A stretch of DNA of 20,000 bases from Lama guanicoe (lineage: Eukaryota): the NCBI GenBank assembly GCA_013239625.1, contig MU053475.1, positions 78,450-98,449 of the forward strand, written 5' to 3'. Numbering within the stretch: the first letter of the stretch is position 1; every line of letters begins with the position of its first letter. Position numbers and translations under genes: made by a program. Of this stretch, positions 1 through 11,850 are shown in pieces. The notes beneath the pieces were generated by a model that saw nothing but the letters and a program-made list of their open reading frames with translations, was not told the origin of the DNA and did no database searches.

Positions 1-3000
1 CTGTTTCCCACAGCCTCTCCAGCATTTGTCATTTGTGGATTTTTGAGTAATGGCCATTCTGACTGGTGTGAGGTGATACCTCATTGCAGTTTTGATTTGC
101 ATTTCTCTGATAATCAGTGATATTGAGCATTTTCTTATGTGCCTTTTGATCATGTGTATGTCTTCCTTAGAGAATTGCTTGTTTAGGTTTTCTGCCCATT
201 TTTGGATTGCATTGTTTATTTTTTCTTATTCAGGTGAATGAACTGCTTATATACTCTGGAGATCAAGCCTTTTTCTTTTTCATATGCAAATTTATTTCCC
301 ATTCCGTATGTTGTCTTTTTGTTTCACTTCCAGTTTCTTATTTTGCAGAACCTTGCAGGTTTCATTATGTCTCATTTGTTTACTCTTGCTTTTATTTCTT
401 CTATGAGAAAATTTTAGAGACGTATGTCATATAATATTTTGCCTATATTTTCCTCTAAGAACTTTATTTATATTGTCTTATGTTTAAGCCTTTGATCCAT
501 TCTGAGTTTATTTTTGTTTATGGTGTTCTAGCTTCATTGGGAGTGTTCTAGTTTCATTTACGTGCTGCTGTCCAGTTTTACCAACACCATTTGCTAAATG
601 GACTGTCTCAATTCCATTACTGTCTCAATTGTATTTTCTTGACTACTTTGTCTAAGTTTAATTGACTAAATGTTTGCAGTTTCATTTCTGGGCTCTCTAT
701 TCTGTTCCATTGGCCTATATGTCTGTTTTCCTACAAATGTAGTGCTGTCATGTTGACTGCAGCTCTTTAGTATTATCTGTTTCGTTAGCGTAAAGAAATG
801 CCACTGATTTTTGAACCTTAATCTTGTAACGTTCTACATTGCTGAATTCTTCAATAAACTCTAACAATTTTTGTCTGGATCTTGAAGGGTTTTCTATATA
901 TAGTAACATATTATCTGTATGTAGTGACTTTTACGTCTTCCTTTCCAATTTGCATCCTTTTTACTTCACTCTCTTGTTTGATTGCTGTGTGTAGGACTTC
1001 CAAGATTATATTGAGTTGGAGTAGTGATTGTGTGTATCCTTGTCTTGTCCCAGATTTTAGTGGGAAGATATTAACTTTCTCACAATTGATTACTTTGCTG
1101 GCTGTATGTTTGTTTTCTATAGCTTTCATGATGCTAGATATATTCCTTCTATGCCCACTTTGGTGATAGTTTTCATCATCGGTGGGTGTTGAATTTTATC
1201 AAATGTTTTTCCTGCATTTATTGAGATATATCATGTGGTTTTGGTCCTTCCTCTTGTTGATGTGCTGTATTACATTTATTGATTTGCATATGTTGAACCA
1301 CCCCTGTGTCCCTGGCATGATCCCCAATTTGCCATGATGTATAATCTTTTTTCTGTGTTGTTGGATTCTAATTGCTACTATTTTGTTGAGGATTTGATGT
1401 CTGTGTTCATCAGAGATAGTGGCCTATAATTCTCTTGTTTGGTAGTGTCTTTGCCTGGTTGTGGTATGAGGGTGACTTTGGCTTCATAGAATCACTTTGG
1501 GAGTATTCCTTCCTATTTAATCTTCTGGAGGATTTTGAGAAGGAATGGTATGAGCTCTTGTTTGTATGTTTGGTAGAATTCCACAGTGAAGCCGTCCGGT
1601 CCTGGACTTTTATTTGTAGGGAGGTTTTATATTGCTATTTTGATTTCATTTCTAGTGCTCTGCTTGTTCAAGGGGTCAGTTTCTTCTTGATTCATTCTTG
1701 GTGGACAGTATGTTTCCAGAATATTGTCCGTCGCCTCTAGGTTATCCAGTTTGTTTCCATATAATTTTCATAATATTTTCATATGTTATTCTGTATTTCT
1801 TTTTTATTTGTTGTAATTTCTCCATTCTCCTCTCTTATTTTGCTTATTTGTGCTGTCTGTCTATTCTACTATTTGAGTTTGGACAGAGGTTTTTCGATTT
1901 TACATAGTTTTTCGAATAACCAGCTTTTGGATTGGTGGAATTTTTTCCTATGGTCTTTTTAATCTCTATTTTATTTATTTCCTCCCCAATATTTATGATT
2001 TCCTTCCTTCTGCTGCATTTGGGGTTTTTTCTTCTTCTTCTTCTAATTCATTCTGCTAGTGGGCTAATTGTTTATTTGTGATTGCTCTTCATTTATGAGG
2101 AAGGCCTGCATCGCTTTAAACTCCCCTCTCAGCACTTCTTTTGCTGTGTCCCATAAATTTTGTGCTGTTTTGCTTTCATTTTCTTTTGTCTCAATTTACT
2201 TTTTCATTGCAGCTTTGATTTCATCATTGACCCATTGTTTTTTTAATAACATATTACTTAATCTCCTTGTTTTCCTTTGTTCTCCTTGTTTCTCTGTTGT
2301 TCATTTCTAGCTTCATGGCATTGTGGTCAGTAAAGATGCTTGAGTTTATTTCTATCTTCTTAAATTTGCTGAGGATTCTTTTGTGCCCAAGTATATCATG
2401 AAACCTGGAAAATGTCCCATGTGCACTTGGAAAGAATGTATATATTATTTTGTGGGGGTACAATGCTCTGGAATTATCCACCAAGTGTAATATTTCTATT
2501 GAATTATTTAAATTCAATGTTGCCTAATTTATTTTCTGTCTCAGTGATTTGTCCAGTGATGTTAATATAGTGTTGAAATCTCCAACTATGATTAGATTGA
2601 TGTCACTATCCCCTTTATATCTGTTAATAATTATTTTATGTATTTAGCTGCCCCTCTATTTGTTGCATATGTATTAATGAATGTGCTATCCTCATGTTTT
2701 ATTACTCCTTCAATCATTATAAAATGTCCTTCTTTATCTTTCTTTATGTCCTTTGTTTTTAAGACCATTTTGTCTGAAATCTGTACCACAAAACCTGCTT
2801 TTTTGGCTTTTCCATTTGAATTGAAAACCCTTTTCCATCTTTTCACTCTCAATCTTTATGTGTCCTTCTCCTTAAAATTTGTCTCTTGTATGCATCATAT
2901 TGAATGTTCTTGCTTTATTATTTAGCATTCCACTCTATGACTTTCGACTGGAGCATTTAATCCATTAACATTTACAATAATCGATGATATGTTTGTGTTT

Positions 3001-3008
3001 ATTGCCAT
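1..3008 (-). pseudogene. L1-A ORF2 remnant (AP-endonuclease, reverse transcriptase, start of the Cys-rich domain), disrupted
   Basis: The probable ATG is at 3008-3006 (MAI...). ORF-track fragments 2631-2852, 2254-2517 and 911-1129 are L1 ORF2 peptides (GTRQGY..S.L). The catalytic (F/Y)ADD reads HTDN at 921-910. There are many stops and frameshifts and an internal deletion near 780. Confidence 0.93.
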
Positions 3009-3419
3009 TTTGACCTTTTCTTTGCAATTGATTTGATATTTCCTCTTTGTTCCTTTCATCTTCCTTTTATGGTTTGGTCATTTTCCTCTGTATTATCATG
3101 AATTTTATTTTCTTTCAGTAACTACCTGATAAGTATTTGTCTTGTTGTTACCCTTTTTTATAAGTCTTTTAGACCATTATTGAAACTGTTTTTATTAAAC
3201 TCATAGTAACATGATCTCAAACCCATCATACCAAGAATAAAAAATTTTAAAAGGAACGACCAAAAAAATAAATTCTCTATTTTCCTTCCTCCTTCTCCCA
3301 CTCTCAATGATTTGTATATGTTGTTTTAAAATATTGTGTGTATTTTATTTGTTATTAATGAGTTATCACGTTTCCAGCTGTGAGTTTCACATTTCTGAAG
3401 GATCCTGCTGCTTTTCTAT

Positions 3420-4305
3420 TTAGAGTAGACCTTTCAATATTTCTTCTAGCATGGGTCTATTGTTGCTAAACTCTTGTAGCATTTTCTTGTCTGTGAAATC
3501 TTTTTGTCTCCTTCTACTACAAAGTATAGGCTTGCTGTTTAAAGTATCCTACGGTATATCACTTTTTTAATTCAGGAAATTGAATATAAATTTCCACTCC
3601 CATCTGGCTTTTAGTATTAGTTCAGTGAAATCAGCTGGGAGCCTTATGGGAATTCCCTTGTAACTCACATTTTGTTATTCTCTTGCTGCCTTTAGGATCA
3701 TATCTTTATCCTTGACAATAGTCATCTTAATTATATGTCTTGGTGTGGGCCTAATTGTGTTCTTCCTGTTTGGGACACTCTGAGCTTACTGTACTGGGAT
3801 ATCTGATTCCTTCTTTAAGTTTGGGAAGTTCTCAGTCATGATTTCTTCAAACACCTTTGCAATCCCCTTTGATCTTTCCTCCTCTTCTGGGACTTGTATC
3901 ATGCTAAGATTGGCATACTTTATATTAGCCCATAGGTCTCTTATGCTTTTTTCATTTATTTCTCATTGTTTCTCTTGCAGCTCTTCTGATTGGATGCTTT
4001 CTGTTTTCCTGTCTTCTAAGTCACTAATTCATAACTCTGCATTGTCCAGTCAGCTTTGCGAAACCATTTGATCATTTCTCATCTCAGTGAACATGTTTAC
4101 CTATTCTACTCTGCTCTTCTTTATAGCTTCCATTTCATTTTTAAAATATTTTGTATCTCTAAACACTATCTTTTATTTCCATCAATAAGTTGATCACTCC
4201 TTTTTTGAAATCTTCATCTAGCAGGCAATCGATATCTATTTCACTGATCGTTCTTTCAGAGGATTTCTCTTGTTCTTTTAATTGGGAATTGTTTCTCTGC
4301 TTCAT
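3420..4305 (-). pseudogene. L1-A ORF1 remnant (coiled-coil/RRM/CTD RNA-binding protein), disrupted
   Basis: ATG at 4305-4303 begins MKQRNNSQLKEQEKSSERTISEIDID. The conserved YKGIPIRLPADF lies at 3662-3627. The ORF ends KMLQEFSNNRPMLEEILKGLL followed by TAA (3422-3420). It has an internal stop at ~4159 and frameshifts. Confidence 0.92.
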
Positions 4306-5916
4306 CTTGCTCCTACCTCTCTGGCACTGTGGTTTATGGAGCATCAGTTATCTACTTTGGTCCTAAAGGAGTTTATCTACCTAATGCCTATATAGTAACA
4401 CAACTGAGAAAAGAGAAAAAAGAGAGAGAGAGAGATAATCAATTTTAAAGAAGGGAGAAATAAAGGTTTGAAGACAATGTATAATGAATAATAGAAAAGC
4501 AAGTTGAAGCAGAGTTTTGAAAAATAATAATAATAAAAATATTTTTTAAAATGTAAACGGGATTAAAATGGGAGTATATAATTGCCTATGAAGTAAAAAT
4601 TAAGAGTGTAATAGAAAATGGAAGAGGTAAAAACAGATTAAAACAAGGGGGTGGTCTGCGTCCTCCTGGAGACTGTGTACTTTTAATGTGAACTCTTTCT
4701 GTATTCATCCTGTTTGGAAGCTGAGCTTGCTTTTTCCAGAGGCCCTCCATTGAAGCCCTCATTTGTGCTGTTCCCAGGGCCTGTCAGCAAGCAGATTGCT
4801 CCTACTCCCAACACATCTTCCAGGGCAGCTCTCTTTACTGTGGGCTGGCTTGTCACTGCCCTGCCTGATGCTGCAGTCAGATGTTTCAGACTGACCAGGC
4901 AGGAGTGGGCATTATGCCCTCTCCCAGCCACATGGTCAGGGGCTCCATTCCAGCCCAAAAGGTGGGGGTCACCAGCCCCCTCAGAGTGCCGATCTCTCCA
5001 CTGCTCTGTGCCACTGTACGGTCTGTCTCAGGTTGGCAAACAGGAATTGGGCTCAAGGTAGACTGAGGAACATCCTTGTCCCTGTTTTGTGCCAAAACTC
5101 AGATTCTTGTTTGTCTTGGCAGAGCAAGTTCTCTGAGGATAAAAGACGGAAGTAGCCTATATGCCTCAGGCTGTAGACAAGTCCCCGTCTTGTGCTTGAG
5201 GCTGCTAAGTCCTTAGCAGTGGATGCAGGTTTTGCCCCCACTGCCACCTGGATGCAAAGCACCAGAGACTACAGTGGCTGTGTCTGAGCCCCAGCTCTCT
5301 AAACCTAGAAAATTTTGTGGATTTTCAGAGATGGGGAATACACCTTTACCCTCCCAGAGCACTTCTGTCCTGTTGTTTTGTGGAGATCCCAGGTTGTTCT
5401 GCCCTGTGCACCCACAGCAATGGCATACAGCACCCTCCATTCCCCGAGCTGACTCAGTGTATCCATCCCAATTTTCATCCCAGATCATGCAGCATGGCAT
5501 TGCCCTCAGCTGCCTGGATGCATCTGGGGCTGGGTATCACACGGAACCTCTGTATCTTTTTATCTTAGTTCTGTCAGTCAACTTATACTCTGTAGAGATC
5601 CAATCCTTGGAGGCTCCCTCCCATCATGTCAAACTCTCAGTTGGAGAGACGTGAACCAGTGAATGAGAACCAGTCCTTCTTACCTGCTCCCTCCCTGTGG
5701 GACCTATCCCAGTCTGCTTTGCCTTTTCTTCTTTCTTTCTTCCTTTTCTCGTACCAGATTTTTTGCATCTTTATCTTTTGAAGGGGACAATGTTCTATCA
5801 GAGTTCTGCAGGTTCTCTGGTTAGCTGAGTGGGTCTGTGGATGAGTCTTGTTTCATTTGTGGGAAAGGGTGAGCTACAAGCATCCTTCTACTACACCATC
5901 TTACCCTCCAACCCCC
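4306..5916 (-). promoter_or_regulatory. L1-A 5'UTR / internal Pol II promoter (~1.6 kb), CpG-decayed
   Basis: It lies between the element 5' end and the ORF1 ATG. It is the most GC-rich part of the window (~4650-5700) yet has few CpG and many TG/CA dinucleotides. A low-complexity tract (~4400-4650) sits just upstream of ORF1. Confidence 0.8.
5894..5903 (-). promoter_or_regulatory. YY1-type motif at the L1 5' end (TAAGATGGTG; canonical CAAGATGGCG/C)
   Basis: The plus strand reads CACCATCTTA at 5894-5903, about 13 nt inside the element 5' end, where mammalian L1s carry the YY1 site. The CpG has decayed to TG. Confidence 0.65.
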
Positions 5917-6095
5917 AAAAGTTTCACTGTATGGTGGAAGATAAACACAGCCTGGAAATAGATGGGAAAGATATTTCATGGAAATGACAAGAAAGTGCAG
6001 ATTTCAATGTTCAAATTATGCAAAATACACTTTAAAATAAGGGTCAGAATGAAAGAGAAATATGAGATTACATAAAGTTAAAGAGATCAATATAA

Positions 6096-6209
6096 NNNNN
6101 NNNNNNNNNNNNNNNNNNNNNNNNNNNNNNNNNNNNNNNNNNNNNNNNNNNNNNNNNNNNNNNNNNNNNNNNNNNNNNNNNNNNNNNNNNNNNNNNNNNN
6201 NNNNNNNNN
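6096..6209. other. Assembly gap (114 N)
   Basis: Run of N characters inside L1-B. Confidence 0.99.
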
Positions 6210-9200
6210 ACAGCAAGTATTTTTCCATACACAAAATTATGAAACTATGCATCAACTCTAGAAAGAAGAACAAGAAAAGCACCAACATGAGATTTAACCA
6301 CATCATTTAAAAAAATAAAATAAAACAATGTCAAAGATGAATTCAAAGTGGTAATAAAACCATACCTCGGAACAAAGTACAATGAAAACACAGCTTCATT
6401 AAATGTATGAGATGAAGTAAAGGCAAATCTAAGAGGGACGTTTAGAACAACACAAGATTTCTACAAGGAGAAAGAAAAACCTCACACATAGGACCAAGCA
6501 TACCACCCAAAATAACTAGAAATAAGAACCAACAAAACCCAAAGGCAGTAGAATGAGTAATCTTTAATGATTAGGTTGAAAATAAATATAATAAAAATTA
6601 AAAAATAAATTAAAAATCATAAAATCAACAGCTTTATTTTTTCTTAAATATATTAACAAATTGATAAGCATTTAGCCAGGCTTATCAAGAAATACAGAGA
6701 GAGGACTTATACAAAATAATAAATGACACAGTAGAAATAACATCTGTATTACAGAAATACAAACACAGATTATGTAAGCACTCTGAGCAGTTACGTGACA
6801 AAGAACTGAATGACCTTAAAGAAATAGAAAATTTCTTGAATCGTACAACCTGCCAAAACTGAATAAAGAGAAAACAGAAAACTTGAAAAAAGCAATCAGG
6901 ATAAGTTAAATAAAATCTATAACTTTAAAAACACCCCTTGAACAAAATGCCTGGATGCCTTCACTAAAATCTCTTTCCTCCCAACTATTTCAAAAAATGA
7001 AGGAGGAAGGAAAATTCCTAAAGTTATTTTTTGAGGCCACCAATACCATAACAAAATCAGTCATAGACACTACAAAAAAAATGAAAATATAAAGCCAATA
7101 TCCTTGATGAATATACTCTCCAAATTCCTCAAAATCATCAACAAATTAATCCAGCAGCTCAAAGAAAGGATTATACACGATGATCAGTTGGATTCCTTCC
7201 AGAGTCACAGGGATGGTTCAAAATACACAAGTCAATCAGCATGACTCATTTTTAATAAAGGAAGGACAAAATTCACAGGGCCATGTCAATACACACAGAA
7301 ATCCATTAGACAAAATTCAACATACATTCATAATCAGAACTCTCATGAAAGTGATTACATTAGGAACATCTCTCAACTTACTAAAGGCCATTTATAATAA
7401 ATTTTAATACTCAGGGGAAAGACTGAAGACTTCTGGGTAAATTCGGGAAAAGCAGAAGGATTCCTACTCTCAGCACTTCTGTTCTGTGGTAAAAGAAGAA
7501 AGGAAAAGGGAAGAAGAAGAAGTAAAGAAAGGCAGAAAGGAAAGAAAGAGGCAAAATTGTCACCATTACTGATGACATAACAATGTACATAGAGTCCTAA
7601 GGGCTCCACACAGGCTATTATGATCAATAAAAAATTTCAGCAAGGGAGCAGGGTGCAAAATTAATGTAAAGAATTCTCTTGCATTGCTACACATTAATCA
7701 TGAGATACATTAACATGTACATTGAAAGCAATACTATTTAAAATCCCATCCCACCGAATATCTTGGAATAAATGTAACCACATATATGAAATATCTACAC
7801 ACTGAAAATTAAAAAGCATTGACAAAGAAATTAAAAAAGATTCAAAGAGTTGGAAAGATGTCTTGTGCTCTAGATTGAAGGAGTTAACATTGTTAACATG
7901 GCCTTACTACACAAAGAAACCTATAGACTTAGTGCAACTCATGTTACGAAGCTGTAGTATTTCCCAAAGAACCAGAAAAATATAACTCTAAGTTTTACAT
8001 GAAACTATTAAAAATTGCCAAATTGATCTTCAGATAAAACAACAAATCTGGAGGTATAAACCTTCTGGTCACATTATTATAATACAAAGCTACAGTAATA
8101 AAAACAGCATGGCATTGGCACAGAGATATATTCCATAAAAACATATAGAGAGCCTAGAAATATTTCCACACACCTATGAGTAGTGAATGAATGATAAAAA
8201 AGGCAAGAGTACACAATGGAGAAAAGACAGTCTCGTCAATGGATGTTGTTGAGAAAGCTGGATATCTACATGTAAAACAGTGAAATGAGAGCATTCCCTG
8301 ACATCATATACAAAAATAAACTCCAAGTGTATTAAGGACCTAAATGTAAGACCTGATACTATAATTCTGCTAGAAGGGAATATAGGTGATACCCTATTGG
8401 ATATATATCATAGGAATATTTTCTTATATCAGTCTCTTATGGCAAAAGAAATAAAAGCAAATCTAAGCAAGTGGGACCTAAACAAACTTAAAAACTTCTG
8501 CACAGATAAGTACACTATAAATGAAATGAAAACATTGTCTGTGTAATTGGGGAACATATATGCAAACAATGCAAGTGACCAGGGGTTAATAGATGTAGGC
8601 TAATAGATGTAACATGGATTTAGATTACCCAACTCAAGGTGAAAAACAAAAGTCCAATCAAAAACAAGAGCAGAGTACCTGAGTTACTATTTTTCCAAAG
8701 AAAACATATAGATGAGTAACAGGCAGGTGACAAAAAGGCTCAACATTACTAATTACTAGGTAATTGCAAATCAAAGCGACAATGTATTATCACTTCACAC
8801 TGGTCAAATGGCTATTATCAAAAAGTCTACTAATAGTAAGTTTTGGAGACGATATGAAGGAAACAAATCACTTGTATACTTTGGTAGGAATTTAAATTGG
8901 TACAAATTCTATTTAAATCAATATTCAGATTTCTTTATAAAGGAAAAAGAGAACTACAATATTACACAGTAATACCTCTCCTAGGAAAAATCTGGGGAAA
9001 AACACTAAATTGAGAAGAACCAATGTTCACAACAGCACAGTTTATAATATGCAAGACAGGAGTCTAAGAGTCCACAGTAGACTATGGACCTAAGAATATA
9101 TGATGTTTCTATAAATATGCAATGGAATAATACTCAGCCATGAAAAATTGTAACACATTGCTATTTCAGCATCATGAATGGACCTAGTAAATATTGTGTT

Positions 9201-9281
9201 TAGTGAAGTAATTTAGACAAAGACAAAAGTATATAATTTAATTTATATGTGGAATCTAAAGAATAACACTTATCTGTGTAC

Positions 9282-9420
9282 ATCTATCTAAAGCTATCTA
9301 TTGATAGATGATAGATAAATAATTAGATAGAAGGATAGATACATAGGCACATGATAGACAGACAGGTAGATAGATAGATAAATAGATTGATAGAAACATG
9401 GTAGAGAGATTAGATAGACA
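9282..9420. repeat. Degenerate (TCTA)n/(TAGA)n microsatellite inside the L1-B 3'UTR
   Basis: TCTATCTA...CTATCTA followed by imperfect GATAGATA/TAGATAGACA units, with L1 3'UTR sequence on both sides. Confidence 0.85.
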
Positions 9421-10113
9421 AGACTGAAGCAGATTGAAAGAAACCAGTAAACATTTATGTTTAGCAAAGATGAAGGGAAAGGCAATTTAACGGTAGGACA
9501 TTGACAAATACAATGTAATATACATAAAGGAGATAAACAACAAGGATAATCTGTATAGATCACCGAATTATTCACAATAGCATGTAATAATTGCATGTTA
9601 CAATTATTGTAATCATTTATTATGCAATATAATCTACAAAGAGGTTGGAATCACTAAGCTGTACATCTGAAACTTCACAGTATAGTACATCTACTGTACT
9701 TGAATTAAAATTAAAACATCTCATGTATAATTAAGTCATTTTTCTGATGATAGCATCTTCCTTTAATATTGTTTTATTTTTACTCTTTACATTTTATGAC
9801 TACAGATTAAAATTGTTTCTTATACTGTTGTGAACATCTTACCAGATTGATGTACCTATATTTTTTGCAACTGATTTCCTATTTTTCTCTCTTTAACCCA
9901 TATAGAATAGTAGCATTTAAAAACATACCCAAAAAAAAGTTGCAAATTTCTCGTAGTCTCTGCTTAGTATTTTGTTCAATGTTTTGTGTATTTTTGCCAT
10001 TTTATTTTTCTTAGAATAGCTCTTTTCTGCACCTCTTGTAAGATGTGTCTGTTTTGCTTTTTTAAACCTTTCAGGTTTTGTTTGTCTGCTAAAGTCTTTA
10101 TTTTCACTTTATA

Positions 10114-10205
10114 NNNNNNNNNNNNNNNNNNNNNNNNNNNNNNNNNNNNNNNNNNNNNNNNNNNNNNNNNNNNNNNNNNNNNNNNNNNNNNNNNNNNNNN
10201 NNNNN
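10114..10205. other. Assembly gap (92 N)
   Basis: Run of N characters inside the L1-C ORF1 region. Confidence 0.99.
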
Positions 10206-10892
10206 TTTACCCATATGTTTTCTGCTCAGAAATCTGCTGATAGCCTAATGGGGGTTCCTTTGTAGATTATCATAACTTTCTTTCGCTGCCTTTAAAATTT
10301 TACTCTGTCACTCACTTGCCAATTAGCATATGACATATCTTGAAGGAGGTTTCTTTGTCTTAAAGTTATTGGTGTTTTGTTGGCTCACAGACATGTATAT
10401 CAGTTCCTTATCCAGGTTCGGGAAGTAATCAATGATTACTTCTTAAAATAAACCATCAGTTGCCATGTAATTTTCTTCTCCATCCACGATTTCACTCAAA
10501 TGTACACTTCCTGAAGAAGTCTGATGGCTATTGTAGAATTTCCTCACTTTTTAATATCTTGAATTTATGCCCACTCCTATCATTTCTAGTTTTGTTCCGG
10601 TGACTTTGCTAATCTCTCTTCCACAAAGACAGTCTTCTTCCAATGCTTTCTGTTACATTCTTCACCTCATTTACTAAGTTCATCTGGTCCTCCAGCAATG
10701 TTTGGTTATTTTATAGTTTCAGTCTATTAGGTAATGTTTTACTTATCATCATTTATTTTAATTTGAGCACACTAAACTGCTTTCTGAGTTTTGTTTTTTG
10801 TATTGAGTTTCTGTATGACACCTATTTGGCTACTCTATTAGATATATGACAACATTCCATGACTTTATGTTTGTTTACTGCAAGGTTGACAT

Positions 10893-10970
10893 TGTGTGAG
10901 TGTGTGTGTGTGTGCGTGTGTGTCTGCATCTGTCTCGGTGTTCGTGTGTTTGTAACTGTGTGAGTGTGTG
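10893..10970. repeat. Imperfect (TG)n microsatellite
   Basis: TGTGTGAGTGTGTGTGTGTGTGCGTGTGTGT... followed by degenerate TG units. Confidence 0.9.
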
Positions 10971-11850
10971 CCCTAGAATGTTACTGTGATTGGTCATGGT
11001 CTTGGTAAATTATTGCTCTGATGACACTAAATAACATATATGGAGTTGGAGTCCTTGTTTTGTGTTCTGGTAGTTTAAAATATTGCACAATATTTGGTTT
11101 TATTTACCTGAGCTACCTCTGATAATAATTGAAAATGGCACTTTCCAATCATTACTGTCTGGATAAATGATTGCTTACATTGTCAACTCTTGGACATCTC
11201 TGGTAGTTAATGCCACTGTAGTCACTGGGCAGGTGAACCCTTCCTTTTATTTGTTATCCCTTGAGACTCAGTGTACACATTGAGGAAATGTGTAAAGACA
11301 GGTGGGTAGTTGGAATCAGGCAAGTGTCTTAGCCATGTCCAGTGTTGCAAGGTACCTTGTCTCCACCACTGTGAATGGGGAGTAGGGAAACTGTCATGAA
11401 TGTCTGAGTGTCTGAAGGATGCAATTTCTGTCTCCAATGTGGCTCCCTCTTAGTTACCTGTGACCATGAATACTGGTGCAGTTGGAGACTGAAGCTGTGT
11501 GAACCACTGAGACCCTGTTTCTACTGGGTACTCTGAACCTGTGGGCTCAGATACCCTAGTCAGTGGGCCTTGGATGCAGGAACCAACACTGCTTTTCCCT
11601 CAGCTCAGCCTCCTTTATTTATTTTACCCCACCAAACTTCAGCTGTACACATATGTTCTGGAGTATTGTTTGGTGTTGTACTTATTTTTGTCGAAATGTG
11701 ATCATTTCACTGACTGTAAATTTAAGGGGAGAGGCAGAAATAGCTTAAGCTTATGTCACTTTTTTAAAACTATATGCATTTTCATTAAAAAGCTTAAATT
11801 CTACTAAGGACATTATAAGAACAGTAAAGAAATTGAACATATCATCTCCC

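Larger units (their letters stand above)
1..5916 (-). mobile_element. LINE-1 (L1-A), complete at the 5' end (5'UTR, ORF1, ~410 nt inter-ORF spacer, ORF2). The 3' end lies beyond the window start. Inactive.
   Basis: The minus strand shows the canonical L1 order. It starts GGGGGTTGGAGGGTAAGATGGTGTAG at ~5916, then a GC-richer UTR, ORF1 (MKQRNNSQLKEQEKS... to ...EEILKGLL*), the ORF2 endonuclease (NVNGLNAP, KKAG, KKDKEGHFIMIEG, TDHN), RT, and the Cys-rich C-terminus ([26 protein letters not shown]...KCWRGC) at positions 1-130. Confidence 0.96.
5917..9716 (+). mobile_element. LINE-1 (L1-B): ORF2 from within the endonuclease domain through the 3'UTR and a degenerate A-tail; inactive
   Basis: It begins in EN-like sequence (GAAGATAAACACAGCCTG...GGGAAAGATATTTCATGGAAATGACAAGAAAG, resembling KDTHRL...GWKKIFHANGNDKK). 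RT segments include DKIQHTFII (7180-7407 ORF) and TDD at 7568-7576. The Cys domain is near 8740-8850. The 3'UTR ends GCTGTACATCTGAAACT...TACTTGAATTAAAATTAAAA at ~9716. Confidence 0.93.
9717..11760 (-). mobile_element. Older LINE-1 (L1-C): 5' end, 5'UTR, ORF1 remnant and post-ORF1 spacer; ORF2 not present here
   Basis: The minus-strand ORF1 motif YKGTPIRLSADF lies at 10264-10229. ORF1 C-terminal-like sequence is at ~10020-10110. The right end (GTAAATTTAAGGGGAGAGGCAGAAATAG...TATGTCAC) resembles the reverse complement of an older laurasiatherian L1 5' terminus, recalled from memory. Boundaries are approximate. Confidence 0.75.

Noticed and set aside
207..4071. Hydrophobic Phe/Leu/Ile-rich plus-strand ORFs resembling membrane proteins
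   Set aside because: They are antisense readings of A-rich L1 ORFs; the T-rich strand produces this composition. The same applies to the ORFs at 9986-13292.
6016..6310. ORFs spanning the N run (also 9986-10240)
   Set aside because: Artefacts of translating through assembly gaps.
9294..9596. 100 aa minus-strand ORF with SIYL repeats
   Set aside because: It is a translation of the TAGA/TCTA microsatellite and L1 3'UTR.
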